DNA of 46,174 bases, filler included, from Sphacelaria rigidula (Eukaryota), in assembly GCA_964200075.2 (NCBI GenBank). It is 2 parts of 2 records of this genome, joined end to end, with 100 filler letters (N's around TTAATTAATTAA, not from the genome) between each part and the next. Parts side by side here need not be neighbours in the genome. Positions count along the whole stretch, not along the records: positions 23,143 to 46,174 come from CAXNAA020000292.1; 1 more part is not named here. The stretch is one strand, 5' to 3'. The translations under genes were made by a program, and so were the position numbers. The notes under the pieces were generated by a model that was given only the letters and a program-made list of their open reading frames with translations, was not told the origin of the DNA and did no database searches. Below, in pieces: positions 35,293 to 46,174 of this stretch; position 1 is the stretch's first letter; every line of letters starts with the position of its first letter.

Positions 35293-38200
35293 ATGGACAG
35301 AAGCATCACCGGGGATGACGAGATGGTGCCTGCCGAGCATGCCTTGGAGCTCGTGTCTGTGGATAAAGCATGGAAACTTCTGGCAACATTGTCGACCCAA
35401 GTTGTTCACAAGCAAAGCGAACTACAGGTACAATCAGCCTCTGTCTGTACTGACTGTATTACCGTAACGTACCGTACTAGAGCGCAACAGTAACAGTACA
35501 GGAGCACAAACGGCACAGCATGAGACGACGTGGTGCATCTATAGTGCATGCCAGGCAGTTCACTACAGCATGCTAGGGCGGCGTGTAGGCATAGCCATCG
35601 CATTCATCGTTCCATGAGAGAATCGGCTCTCAAGTGTTCGCTTCCGCTGTTCATCTGCGCCCGTTACCGTTTGTGAATGTTCTGCACCGACTGCTGCGGA
35701 ACATCAGCTGATGGTGGGCTCCCGCTATCACGAGCTCATCGATTCTGCAGACAGCATCGTTTCCATGAAGGAAATCAGCACGGAGGTGCTGGACCTCCTC
35801 CAGGGTTTTCCGCAGGCGTGCTCCAGCGTGCTCAATCAGGTAACGGCGAACGAAAATATGAGATTAACATGCCTGATGACGCCAACCGATGCCTACTCGT
35901 TCCGTGTCCGGTTGCCAACTTGCTTTCGGCCGCCATGGCTGTTCGGTTGCTACCCAGGATGGCACGATCAGGTGTCCCAAAAATCTCGAGAGCTTCACGT
36001 GTTCAGGCCTGTATATTGCACTAATGCATTAACTAGCCCCTCAAGAACTAAGGCTTATGAACAATCGAACTACTTTTTCAGGGATCGTCATTTTTGAGTG
36101 GCGACTCATTTCACGTTATCACCAGATGACAGCACTGTAAGCCCTACGAAACGTATCCCTAAAAGAATTGCTCCGCCGGTTACAGTATCACGTTTGTTAC
36201 CACCCCTCCAAAAACAAGCATGGTGGATTCAACAATCGCCATGAGGCATGAACTGGAAAATATATTGGTGTAATGTATTTGTAGTTGAGTGTACAAAAGC
36301 CTCTATGGCTACGTTCTCCGAGAAATCAGGTGCAACTCAACTCGCCACAGCCCACGAACGAGCCATGTATATTTTCCCAAAAGCTGGCACGCCGCAAAGA
36401 TTGTGATGTACAAGCCCCATGGCCATTTTTTAGTCTGGGATCCTAAACGCGGTCGCATTGGCGCCTGCACGATGATAATGGGTCCTTGCACATAGGGCAA
36501 GCCGATAAAAATTGCTGCCATCAACGTTTATATGAGGCCATGTAAGACTCCCTCGTGTAGGCACATATTATTATTAAGCTCCAGGCGTCTTCCGGCAATA
36601 TCTTCAGAAGTATCCTTGTCTACTCGTGTTGTGATGCGAAAACAAAACAACACGGACAATAGATTACATTGTCAGAAAGTGTACTGCATGCAGTATCGAC
36701 TATTGCGTCTACTATATTGCAATATGCATAGATTCCACACTGTACGCAATACACTTCTTGATGATATAGTCTATTGTCCAGGTATGGAAAACAGCACGAC
36801 CGCGCTCTACCCGCACCGGTGGGTGGCATGGGTTCGAATCAGACCGTCTTCACCGGCCAGATGCATATGCTGTTGGCGCGTGTGATTGAAACGTGAGCTT
36901 GCTGCTGTTCGGCAGCCTGGCTCGCAACATGAGCAACTGCGGGTGAGGGGTGCAACTACGGCAGCAGCAGCACAACTAGAAAGTGCCCGAAGAGCATTTC
37001 CGTGGAGTAACTTTGTGGGGTGTGGATCATTGCCGTTGTGAAGTACCATCATCTATAACATGGAGCTCACCCTTTAATTTTCGACGCACACGAAGCCACG
37101 AATAACAACGATTTCAACCACGTAAGGTGATGGAATTGCCTCGCACCTACCTACTACAGGTATCCCGACGGTAGCGAACATTTCGTACGTTGGCGATGTT
37201 TTGAATGAAAAATAGGAAATTGTTAACTCGCTCATTAATAGACAGGAAATTGTCAGTCGCGTTCGAATCCCGACTTAAGGGATATTTTGAGCAGAAACTG
37301 GATTCCGTCGGTGAAAGCGTGACGACGCAAGAAACAAAAGAAGACGAGAATCAACGCCGTGCGGGAGTGCTGATCAAACCCGCGATACCAAAATTTCAGG
37401 CAGGCAGCGGTTGACTTCTTGTGGCTACGGACTCATCCCGAGGAAGCGGGGGGAGTAGAGACTACGACGAGAAAAGGAAAACACCGCACCATGCACATTT
37501 TGTTATACTAATATTATGTTTGAAAGCAACCTGTATTGTAGGCTAAAAACGGCGTGCACAGTACAGTATAGTACAACACATTGTACTATAACACATTACG
37601 AACGTTGAATTGCTCCCTCTTGTTCTGTAGAACACGTTCACTTGGAGTACAAGTCAAATACGTTGCACCTCACGCTTGGATCTATTCAGAGCAGCTTTTC
37701 GTGAGGACAATACAACGGCCCGAAGGGATTATCCTACGTATGTTGTTCACAGTACTTGGAGAGTGTAGCATGCTTCGCGGTCTCACCTGCAGTTCAGAGT
37801 GGCGCCACGTTTGATATTGGGCTGTTGTTCTCTATGTATTCGTGGAAGAAACGTCTCTCCTCGCTGGTGCTTTTGCATGTGAACCGTCTTTGCTGGCGGT
37901 CAATCTAAGGGGCTCCGTGGGATGAAGGTTCTAGAACCCCTTCCCCACCCTCCTCGCTCCCTGCCCCCAGAGGGGAACTGTCAACTTTTGTGCACTAGTA
38001 GTACGGTAGTGCTTTGACAAAGAAATTAATGTCTCTTCCACCCCTCGGTATGGTACCGCAAGAAACAGATGCAGGAATATACCTTTGATGCTCCCAGAAA
38101 TACTGCTCTCTCACTGCCCCCCGCCACCAAGATATCAGCAGTCACAACAAGTAAAATATTGTATTTCACAGTGGGACAAATGAATGGCCTGGCAGGCCTA

Positions 38201-41200
38201 GTTCCCTTTTTTTCGTTCAAATGGGACCCCTCTTCAAAATATATGAGCAAGAGTCCTCACTTAGTACTAAGACCTGCTGCCTTGGTCTCTATTAACTTCC
38301 GAAATGCTCGAAGTCATTAAGTTGGTGATTTCCTGGTAATCGGCGAATTTCATAGGTTCTTTCTTGCGCTTTCCACCGCTCATTACGTTGGCGATCTTAG
38401 GAAACGAGTATTCGCTCCACATTCCAAGAAAAACAATCATCCGTACTCAATATTGGATTACGGGCAGACCGGTCATCGGGGGTCCTGCCACTTTTCAGCC
38501 AAGATTCTGACTCTTCGGTATTTTCGGTCGATCAAGCCTGTCCCGATCGTATTTGTGAAGAAATAAGAAGGCTTGTTTCTTCAAAATTCTACCTAGTTAT
38601 TACACTAAAGCCGAATAACTGTGTTTCACGGTCAATAGTACCCTCCTGATGAACGGAGCATATACTCGTATTGCCCGATAACGTCGATTAGCAGTAACTT
38701 GGGCACGGGGGGAAGACGATTTATTCATTTTACCAAAACCTATCGACGCTAGCAAATTCAATGTCTATCGAAGAGTACACGCGAAAAACATCCCAACTTA
38801 GACTTTTCCCGATGGCACGTAGGATTCTAACCACCGCCCCCAAAACTCCTCTCATCCGCGTTTGCCTTCAGCTGGAAGGACATCGAGTCTTCACGGGTTT
38901 ACACCGCACTCCTCAGCAGTTCCTGTGTTCATGAATTTCGGGTGTACAGTATCAACTGAAGGGCTATGATGAACATCTGATATTGTTGGCGTGCGTCCAA
39001 ACAGGTAGCCTCTGGAAGTTGTACCCATACCGTCAAGATGTGTACTTCTGTGCAGGGCGACAGGGCAAAATTTGCGTGATAGTTTGTCTACTCATATGTG
39101 GACATGAAGCCATCTAGATCCACCTGCCCGCAGTCGGAGCTCTCACGTCTTGTTCCAATCTTGTCGTCACATAGGCCCTGTTCGCGTCGACATCCGCATG
39201 TTCCGGGGACCGAGACGCGAACACGGAGTCAGTGGCGCCTGTTGTACGACTTTCTGAGGTAAGCTTAGGTAGCTGCAGGAAGAAGCACCAGCCATTATCA
39301 TCACTGCTTAGTTCACGGCATCGTTTGCATGCTTGATCTATTCCGATTGCTCCGAAACTTGCTGGCATTGCACAACTCTTGCGACAGCCAGCGTTTTGAT
39401 ACTATGTGTGCTAGCGGTAGCTAGCGGTATAATCTGCTCTGCGTTCTTATTTGAAGACATACTTTTAAGATCGCCGAGATAGTTTTCAGCGTTGCTACGA
39501 CTCGCTATTCCAAGAATAGCCTCCATGGTTTGTCGTTCAGTGGGTAAAACACGCGGTTTTATACCTTTTTAGATGTTAGATCTGAAAAGCTCGCCGCAGC
39601 TCATGTCACAAGTCCCATACTACCATTGCGCTTGTGATCGAGGCTCGCCCTCTCCTCGCAGCACAGCGTGTCCACCACCAGCCAGAATATCCCTTACACG
39701 GACAAGATATCACACTAACGATCTCACACATGCCGGCAATTATGTTTCCTCTTGTGCTGTCGTGCTGACGGCCAGTACGCTATAGTTGATGTATTTAATG
39801 CCGGTGTGTATGTTGCTGGGAGTCCAAGTCAGATTAAATTGCACCTGGACTTGAGCCCCCTCTCGCTTTCGAGATGATCCATTTCAGGGTGAACAGCCCA
39901 ATAACCCGAAACACTAGTCTAAAGTACACGTGAGTGCACTTCACTCTGTCACAAAGTTCCAAACAAGTCGGCGCAATGGGTTATATTTTCTGGCTCCTTT
40001 GATGATGAGCACGCCGCGGCTCAACGGCGGTGACAGTACAGCTTCGGATCGCACCACACCCTTGGCAATATATCACATTATAAAAAAATGTACCTTGTAC
40101 AGTATGGAGTATTTTTTGTCCAGGGTGTGGATCGCACTCACTCAATGTGGCACATGTACACACACGCTGGTCCGTACAAATCAAGTATAGAGACGTGGAA
40201 ACTTTTCGAGAGTGGTCTACAGCGCATGATCGTACCCATGTGGAGTCGCAGCAAATCAGTGAATGTGCGGAAAGCACCCTGAAAAAAGCGGCGCATAGTG
40301 TGTCGGGTTTCGTTGTAGGCGACGCGTTGATTTATAGTGATCCATAAAAAATTGTATGTACGAGCTGGGCCAGCAGTAAATCCCGCATTTCCATGTCACA
40401 CCATAACTTATCAAGTTTACCAAATCAGCCCGACTTGAGTATATCGGTGTGAACTGCGGACCAACCTGGTAACGGACGGCACCGCCGCTGGAGGAAGAAG
40501 GAATTCAAGAAAAATGTACTGCATAATGTATGACCTTACCGACGGAACAAAACAAAAAGCAATCCGTCGGGATTCGAACTCGTGACCTCCATAACTGGAG
40601 TCTCCTGTATCACTTGGATGAAACGGGCGCAGCGGTGTCACACCAAAAGTACCCTGCTGCGCCCAATTTGAGGTATTTTTGGCCGAAATTGCCCCCGAAT
40701 CTCCTGCACACAAATTCGCACAAGAACCCGAGAGATGTCGATGTACTTATTTATTTTCACGGAGTTATAGAATTTTCCCAGTTTTTGCAGAAACTTCAAA
40801 TCGCTCCATTTTTTTTTTTTCCGTTGCATCCCGCAGAAGGTTATGCGTATTGATGATGAAAATGTCATGTTGAAGTTTCAGCGCCCAACTTCTCGAATTA
40901 CCCACAGCCGTGTCCGGAAACATAAAAAAATCACGATCAGCTGGCCCAGCTCGTACTTGAAGATGAGGACTCTGCTGCGCTAACTCGATCATTCAAGTTT
41001 TCTTTACGGACCCCGACATTCTGATGTTGCTTATCCCTCACGACGGTTGTGAAGCTTCCAATGGTAGTATGGAAGCCCGTAGCAGAGTCTAAAACTGGAG
41101 GAGAACTTCCTATGAGTGGAGACCCCCAAAAGCTATCCAAGCCAGTCGAACAGCCAAAGATTAGATATCGTGCATCATGATGTCAACATGTTAATTCCAG

Positions 41201-44200
41201 CAGCTGATATAAACACCTCCACCTCAGGCAACCACATTCTCTGTGCACCGCACCCCCCCTTTCCCCAATTCAATACATATGCAGCTGCTCGGTGCCGTCA
41301 TTTCAATCGCTTACTCATTGTCCATGGTGCCCTGTTTCCCGAGATAAGTGTAGGCTGCCTGCCCTTGTTTTGTACGATACATTAGAAGGTTTTTCACACG
41401 TGTCACTTTGAGGCGCAGCACGTGTAAACGCGTTCGCTTCCTGGGGTATACTGGTCAGGACCCGCAATGTCAAAGACTGGGGGCAGCCTAGATTTCGAAC
41501 CGCCATGTCTCGTGTGCATGTGGGTGAAAATCCGAGAACAAGAACACAGAGTTACTTCCACTGACGGCATAAAAGTACCAAGAGCTGATATTCTACCTCA
41601 CACGGATATATTCTTGCGTCGGTATCAGGCGATACAGGTGATGCTACACGCACCCGCAGGAATGTGGGCAGCACTAGATTCAAATCGGATTCTCGTGGCG
41701 TCTAATCTCCTGCTGAGGTGCAGAAAAAGCTGGGCGGATGTATCTTCCTCTTGCTTCGCGGACGTTGATCCGGGTGTCGCCGCCTTCCTGCGTAGTCATT
41801 TGACCTACGTGGAGCAGTTTCCTCAACGCATCGTTTTGGCGGGCTTTCGTGTGCTGACATCATCACGCAGTACAGAAGAGACTGCAGGAGCGCTCACGGC
41901 ATTGCTACAACTGGAGGCGCATAAAGAGGCCGATCCTTTGCGGTGAGCGGACGTGCAGCGATGAATTTTGTCTTTGAAGTTCAAGTTACACAGTGTCGAA
42001 ATGTTTTTTGTCAACGTGCAATACGACCGTCTTCGAACCACTATAACCGTCCAACCGTCCGTCCCTGGTTTGCAGATGCTTGCTGGAGCTTCTGCTTAGG
42101 CGAAGAGGTGGCGCCATATTGGCCATGTTGAACCGAGCAACGAAGGAAAGAATTGAGGAGGAAGCAGAAGAGGTTTTGCGCAAGTCCTTGGCTGCCGTAC
42201 AGAGGACCATTTTAGACGTGTATACCATGTTGGCGCCAAGACCAAGTGGCGAGTGCTGGGTGGTGGAGCTCGCCCAGTCGTCCCATACCACCCTGGAAAG
42301 CTTGAAATTGGCACCACACAAGGTCAAGGAGCTTTGCACGCAGTGGCTAACTGTGCTGACCCCCAAGATCCGTTCGTCTAGTAAGCATCTCCTTAGCGCT
42401 GTCGGCAACACGAACACCCTGGCGCGTATCCGAGGGGCTTTATGGGGACTCACCCATGGACCTGGGGCATGGGGTGCGTTTACGCCAGAGCAGTATACCA
42501 TTGGCCTCGACAAGGTCAGCATGCAGAACGTGTGGACGAACGCAGTGGCGTTTGCAATCGATGTATCGGTTGTTGGTGACGGTGCGGGCATCAGGGGGGC
42601 GGTTGTGTCTCCTTCGCTGAACTTGTGGGCGCTTTTCTTTGGTAATATATTTGCGGAGCTTGCAGAGGCATTGCTAAAGGACTCTCTGCTTTGCATCCGT
42701 CGAGATGTAGAACACCGCCTTGACTCTATTCTGCTCGCCATCACGGGGAGTCAGGCAAGAGGACCCCTGGAAGAGGACGCCAGTGACCACCTCAACCACA
42801 ACGGGCAGCGGACGGGCGCACTAATGGCACACCAGGTCCTGGCAGCATCTGAGGCGGTCGTTTTTCTGCTGACGTCAGAGCTTCGTCATCTCTCTGAAGA
42901 CGCATGGAGTTTAACGGAACGCGGGGATGAGGCAGCTGCAGATGCATTAAAAAGTTCATTTTACCTTCTCTGTGTTGACATGGCTGCCGGTCTAGCAAAC
43001 CACTTCCGCATCGCTCTGCAGGAGATACGCTCCTGCATCAAAGATGCCGCGAAAAAGGAGCATGGGCTTGCGCCTGACGGTGGACTGCGGGAGCGGGAAG
43101 ATGTCGTGAGGAGCTTAACTGATGCAGCGCTCGTGGTGGGTCGTGTTGCGTGGATGCTGAATGGTCGCAGCGGGCGTCCGTTGCAGTCTGCCTTGACGTG
43201 CCCGGGCTCATTCGCCAAGCGATTGCGCGGACGCATTGAACAACAGCAACTGGAGGCAGCATTCGTCATTGCCGACACAGATGGGGATGGCATCGTAGAT
43301 GCAGATGAGGCAGCTGAAGCGCTGCAGGCGGTTTCGTTTGGGTCATGTGCCGAACTTGTCCTTGATCCCATGTACTCTTCCTTGACCCTCACCGAGTTCA
43401 TATTGCTCGCCACGCGTTTGCTGGAAGAACAAAGACCTCTAGAGCACCTCACCAGTTGCTTTGACGACCTGCTCGTGGAGGCGTTGGCTGCATGGGCTGA
43501 GTGGGCATTGGAACGCCCCGCGGAGCTTCTCGCGAGTGGATGCATCGATTTTGCTGCTCTCTGCCGGGACCCTTGTATGACAGACAGCTTGTGGCGGCAG
43601 ACCCACGGTATCTGGGAGGATACAACGATCGAGCTTGACCGGGATGATGGACATGGAGTTGAAGAAACGATACACTCTCCTGTTATGATATCTCCCGCGT
43701 TCCTGTGCTACATCGAAGGCGTGGCAGCTGAACTTGGTCGTATACTGAGTACTTCCGACCTCGTAGCGGCGCGTTCTGTTGACAAGCACACCACCGACGG
43801 CACTCATCGGCCACAAGCGGAGGGTAATGAGCAGCGGGCAAAGCACAAGCATTCACCAAGGAACGATGGATTGCAAGAAACCGCGCACCGAGCACGATCC
43901 TTAGCAGCAGCTCGAGCATCTAGCGACCTTAAAAAGGCACTTTCAGCACTGTGTGACGGGCCGCATTCAGCGGCAGCACAGGCATGTGAGGCGGCACACC
44001 TACAGCTACTGTTGGACGCCCTATTTTTGCAGAAGTGGGTGTTAGATGACGACTCATCTCCTTCAACCCAGTCCATCGTCGACACTCTTTCCGACCTAAT
44101 GGATCCGATCAATCTGCAGATATACCTGCCGCACCTACAGAGAGCAGCCTCTGTGTGTTGGTCAGCATGTTATACTTCGTTGTCTCTCATTTTTGAAGAA

Positions 44201-44611
44201 GTCACAACCCAGGGCATTTTCGTGTCAGCGGCCTCGATGACCCCAGGTGGTGCTGTAGGCTCCTCGTCCAGTTTCGTTGCGCTAGCCCCAAAGGTTCGTC
44301 GGTTTGAAATCCTCCCGCTTCCACTGGACGCGGTGCGATTGTTGCCAGCGAACGTTAAACAGCGCGTAAGGAGCTCCCCGGCGCAGGCGTCGTCTGGAGG
44401 AGGCGAGGAAGATGGGGCGGGTTCCTCCGCCCAGTCAAGGGGTATGCAAGCTGGTAGACAAGCTCTGGCCGGGTTGATGGATCAGGTCGGCAGTGTGGGC
44501 AGCGTGTTGAGCGCGCAAAATGTCAACGTTCAAAGTGTGTTGGGTGCGGCGTCTCTGTTCTTGGGGGGAAGGACCCGAAGAGGCGATGGTGAAGAATTCC
44601 GGGAATTCTAG
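35293..44611 (+). CDS. COG1: Conserved oligomeric Golgi complex subunit 1 (Vps51/COG1 N-terminal domain) with an internal EF-hand, ~1040 aa
   Basis: Exons 35293-35427, 35708-35839, 41629-41942 (acceptor uncertain) and 42076-44611; a possible extra 27-nt exon lies at 36916-36942. Motifs: KQSELQLMVGSRYHELIDSADSIVSM, IQVMLHAPAGMWAALDSNRILVASNLLL, QLLLDALFL, LMDPINLQIYLPHL and LAPKVRRFEILPL, all matching the COG1 pattern. Confidence 0.88.
36646..36786. mobile_element. Hairpin MITE, family A, in COG1 intron
   Basis: GGACAATAGATTACATTGTCAGAAAGTGTA pairs with TACACTTCTTGATGATATAGTCTATTGTCC. Flanks GAAAACAA / GAAAACAG match at 7/8 (TSD). Confidence 0.8.
40055..40129. mobile_element. Internally deleted MITE, family A, with perfect 8-bp TSD
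   Basis: TIRs CACACCCTTGGCAA / TTGTCCAGGGTGTG, flanked by direct repeat GATCGCAC at 40047-40054 and 40130-40137. Confidence 0.85.
40361..40953. mobile_element. Non-autonomous Tc1/mariner-like element, 593 bp
   Basis: Perfect 14-bp TIRs CGAGCTGGGCCAGC (40361-40374) and GCTGGCCCAGCTCG (40940-40953), flanked by TA on both sides. No transposase ORF. Confidence 0.75.
43274..43309 (+). other. Canonical EF-hand Ca2+-binding loop within COG1
   Basis: QQLEAAFVIA-DTDGDGIVDADE-AAEAL has D1, D3, D5, G6, I7-V8, D9 and E12. A degenerate partner (LTLTEFILLA) follows. Confidence 0.8.
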
Positions 44612-46174
44612 GTAGAGCAGCAAGATATGATGATCGAGTGAAACATTGTTGGTTGCAAGCATGATCTTGCCTTGGTACTGTATTCTGCACTGTATTACTC
44701 ACTGGGTGACATGCAGCATAAGAAGCATGGTTGATGTTGGATCACGAGCAATAGAGCTCGCACGTCATGAGTGTAGTGCTGTGTGTATCCTAGCTTGCAC
44801 TAACTAACCGCTTCTCACTCTCAATTGTATCTATCCTCTACTCGCATTTTCACGAAAACGTTTAATGTCATCTAAGAATCCTGGCTCACCAATGTGAGGA
44901 GTTATATTATTTACAAGTATCCACGGTTTTCAAGGGAAAACAAGCCAAATAGCGCATTTTTTTTGCCTCCCACGTATAGCGCTCCCGCGAGCCCCCCCCA
45001 ATAGCCGGGGGGGGGGGGGGGGGGCGGTGTGGCCCGAGGCTTCGTCGCTCGCCGCTGTTCCCCATATAATCGGCTTCGCCGATTAACTAGAAAAACAGCG
45101 ATGCAATGGCCACTGGCGCGGCCAGTTTAAACTTGACTGACCAGAGCTGCCAGTTCACAGCACTGATTTCAGGGGACTCGATTTTTTCCCGACTCGATTT
45201 TTATTCTCCCCTCCGCCCCCACTGCCCCCCCCTCCCCCCTCCGGTCCCTGTGTGCCTTTCGCGGTGTCCGGGGGCTGTACGAAATCGTACTCTTTGAAAG
45301 AATTCACATGGACATTTGGGAGGGGGTTTCTGTGTTGTCTGCCTTCTGCCTTCGAAGATATTTTCTAGGAGAGTGGACGTGCTCCAAACGGTGGGGCTTC
45401 TTAAGCCACCGCATACGTGAAACGATAATCTTCTCTTGGTAACATTAGCGGAAAATGGTACCCCGCGGACATACCTATGAGTAGCTCTACAACCTCCTGG
45501 TCCGGCTCTCCGTGACTAGGTTATCGTTTATATAAGGTGCCTTGCTTTTCACCTGCGACACGCGTCCACTCTCCTAAGAAGTACCTTCGAAGGCGGACAG
45601 TACAGGACAGTGAAGAAACCCTAGAATGGTTGGCCACATGAAGGCGCTTCAGGCGGTACGATCTCGCGCAATTCCGAGAACCGTAAAAGATCCAGCGCGA
45701 GCGGGGGGGCGAGGGTCATTTTTGCACGATTTCGAGCACCGAAATATGTTTTCGTTCGATAAAAGAACTTCGTTTTCCATTTTCCAGGATCCCGTTATCT
45801 GGAGGGGAGAGAGCGGGACATCAAAACTACCGATAACTACCCGACCGGTAACTACCCGACGAACGCTAAGTGGGGTCGCGGCTTGACTCATATTTCTCAC
45901 TCTTTTTTCCGATAAAATATAATGTTGGCGCACCTGTGATCGGCCGATTCTGGAACCTTTTCATTTTTATATGCAACATCGTGTTCTGGCAGGGATCGGT
46001 AGCGACCAAGGATGGTGCGGCTAGAATTTTCTAAATACCATGAATAAATCGTTTCAGTTCTGAAATGCCCCTCCACGAGGCCCGATATGCTTTCTGTAGT
46101 AGCTTACTACTGAGGCCCTTGATATCCCTGAGTAGCATGTCGACGTATAGCTGTAAGCACACGCCAGTGATGGA

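Noticed and set aside
35708-35839. VPS51 or COG8 instead of COG1
   Set aside because: The MVGxRY..LI..AD.I..M motif and the C-terminal DP..L..Y.PHL and RF..LP motifs fit COG1.
41986-44112. Minus-strand ORFs of 252, 194 and 137 aa
   Set aside because: Antisense shadows of the large COG1 exon.

Overview
Eukaryotic, intron-rich genomic DNA, most likely a brown alga (inferred from exon/intron density, TTAGGG motifs, repeat types and a flagellar gene). It consists of two assembly pieces joined by an artificial 100-bp N/TTAATTAATTAA/N spacer at 23043-23142. Manual splicing gives four genes in two head-to-head pairs. Left piece: a complete 7-exon Aurora kinase (minus, 3917-10088) lies divergent from a large INCENP-like gene (plus, ~13360 to >22786, truncated at the gap). 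The INCENP-like gene has a putative N-terminal CEN-box, an unexpected SAP domain, a very long S/T/P-rich disordered region and a C-terminal Aurora-binding IN-box, so the kinase and its predicted activator are neighbours. Right piece: a 22-exon CFAP57/WDR65 (minus, 24719-35041, two consecutive GC-AG introns) lies divergent from COG1 (plus, 35293-44611), which carries an EF-hand insertion. Introns and intergenic DNA contain a tRNA-derived SINE (2 copies), a hairpin MITE family with 8-bp target duplications, a TA-flanked Tc1/mariner-like element and several tandem repeats. All gene models and domain calls were made by eye, without database searches.
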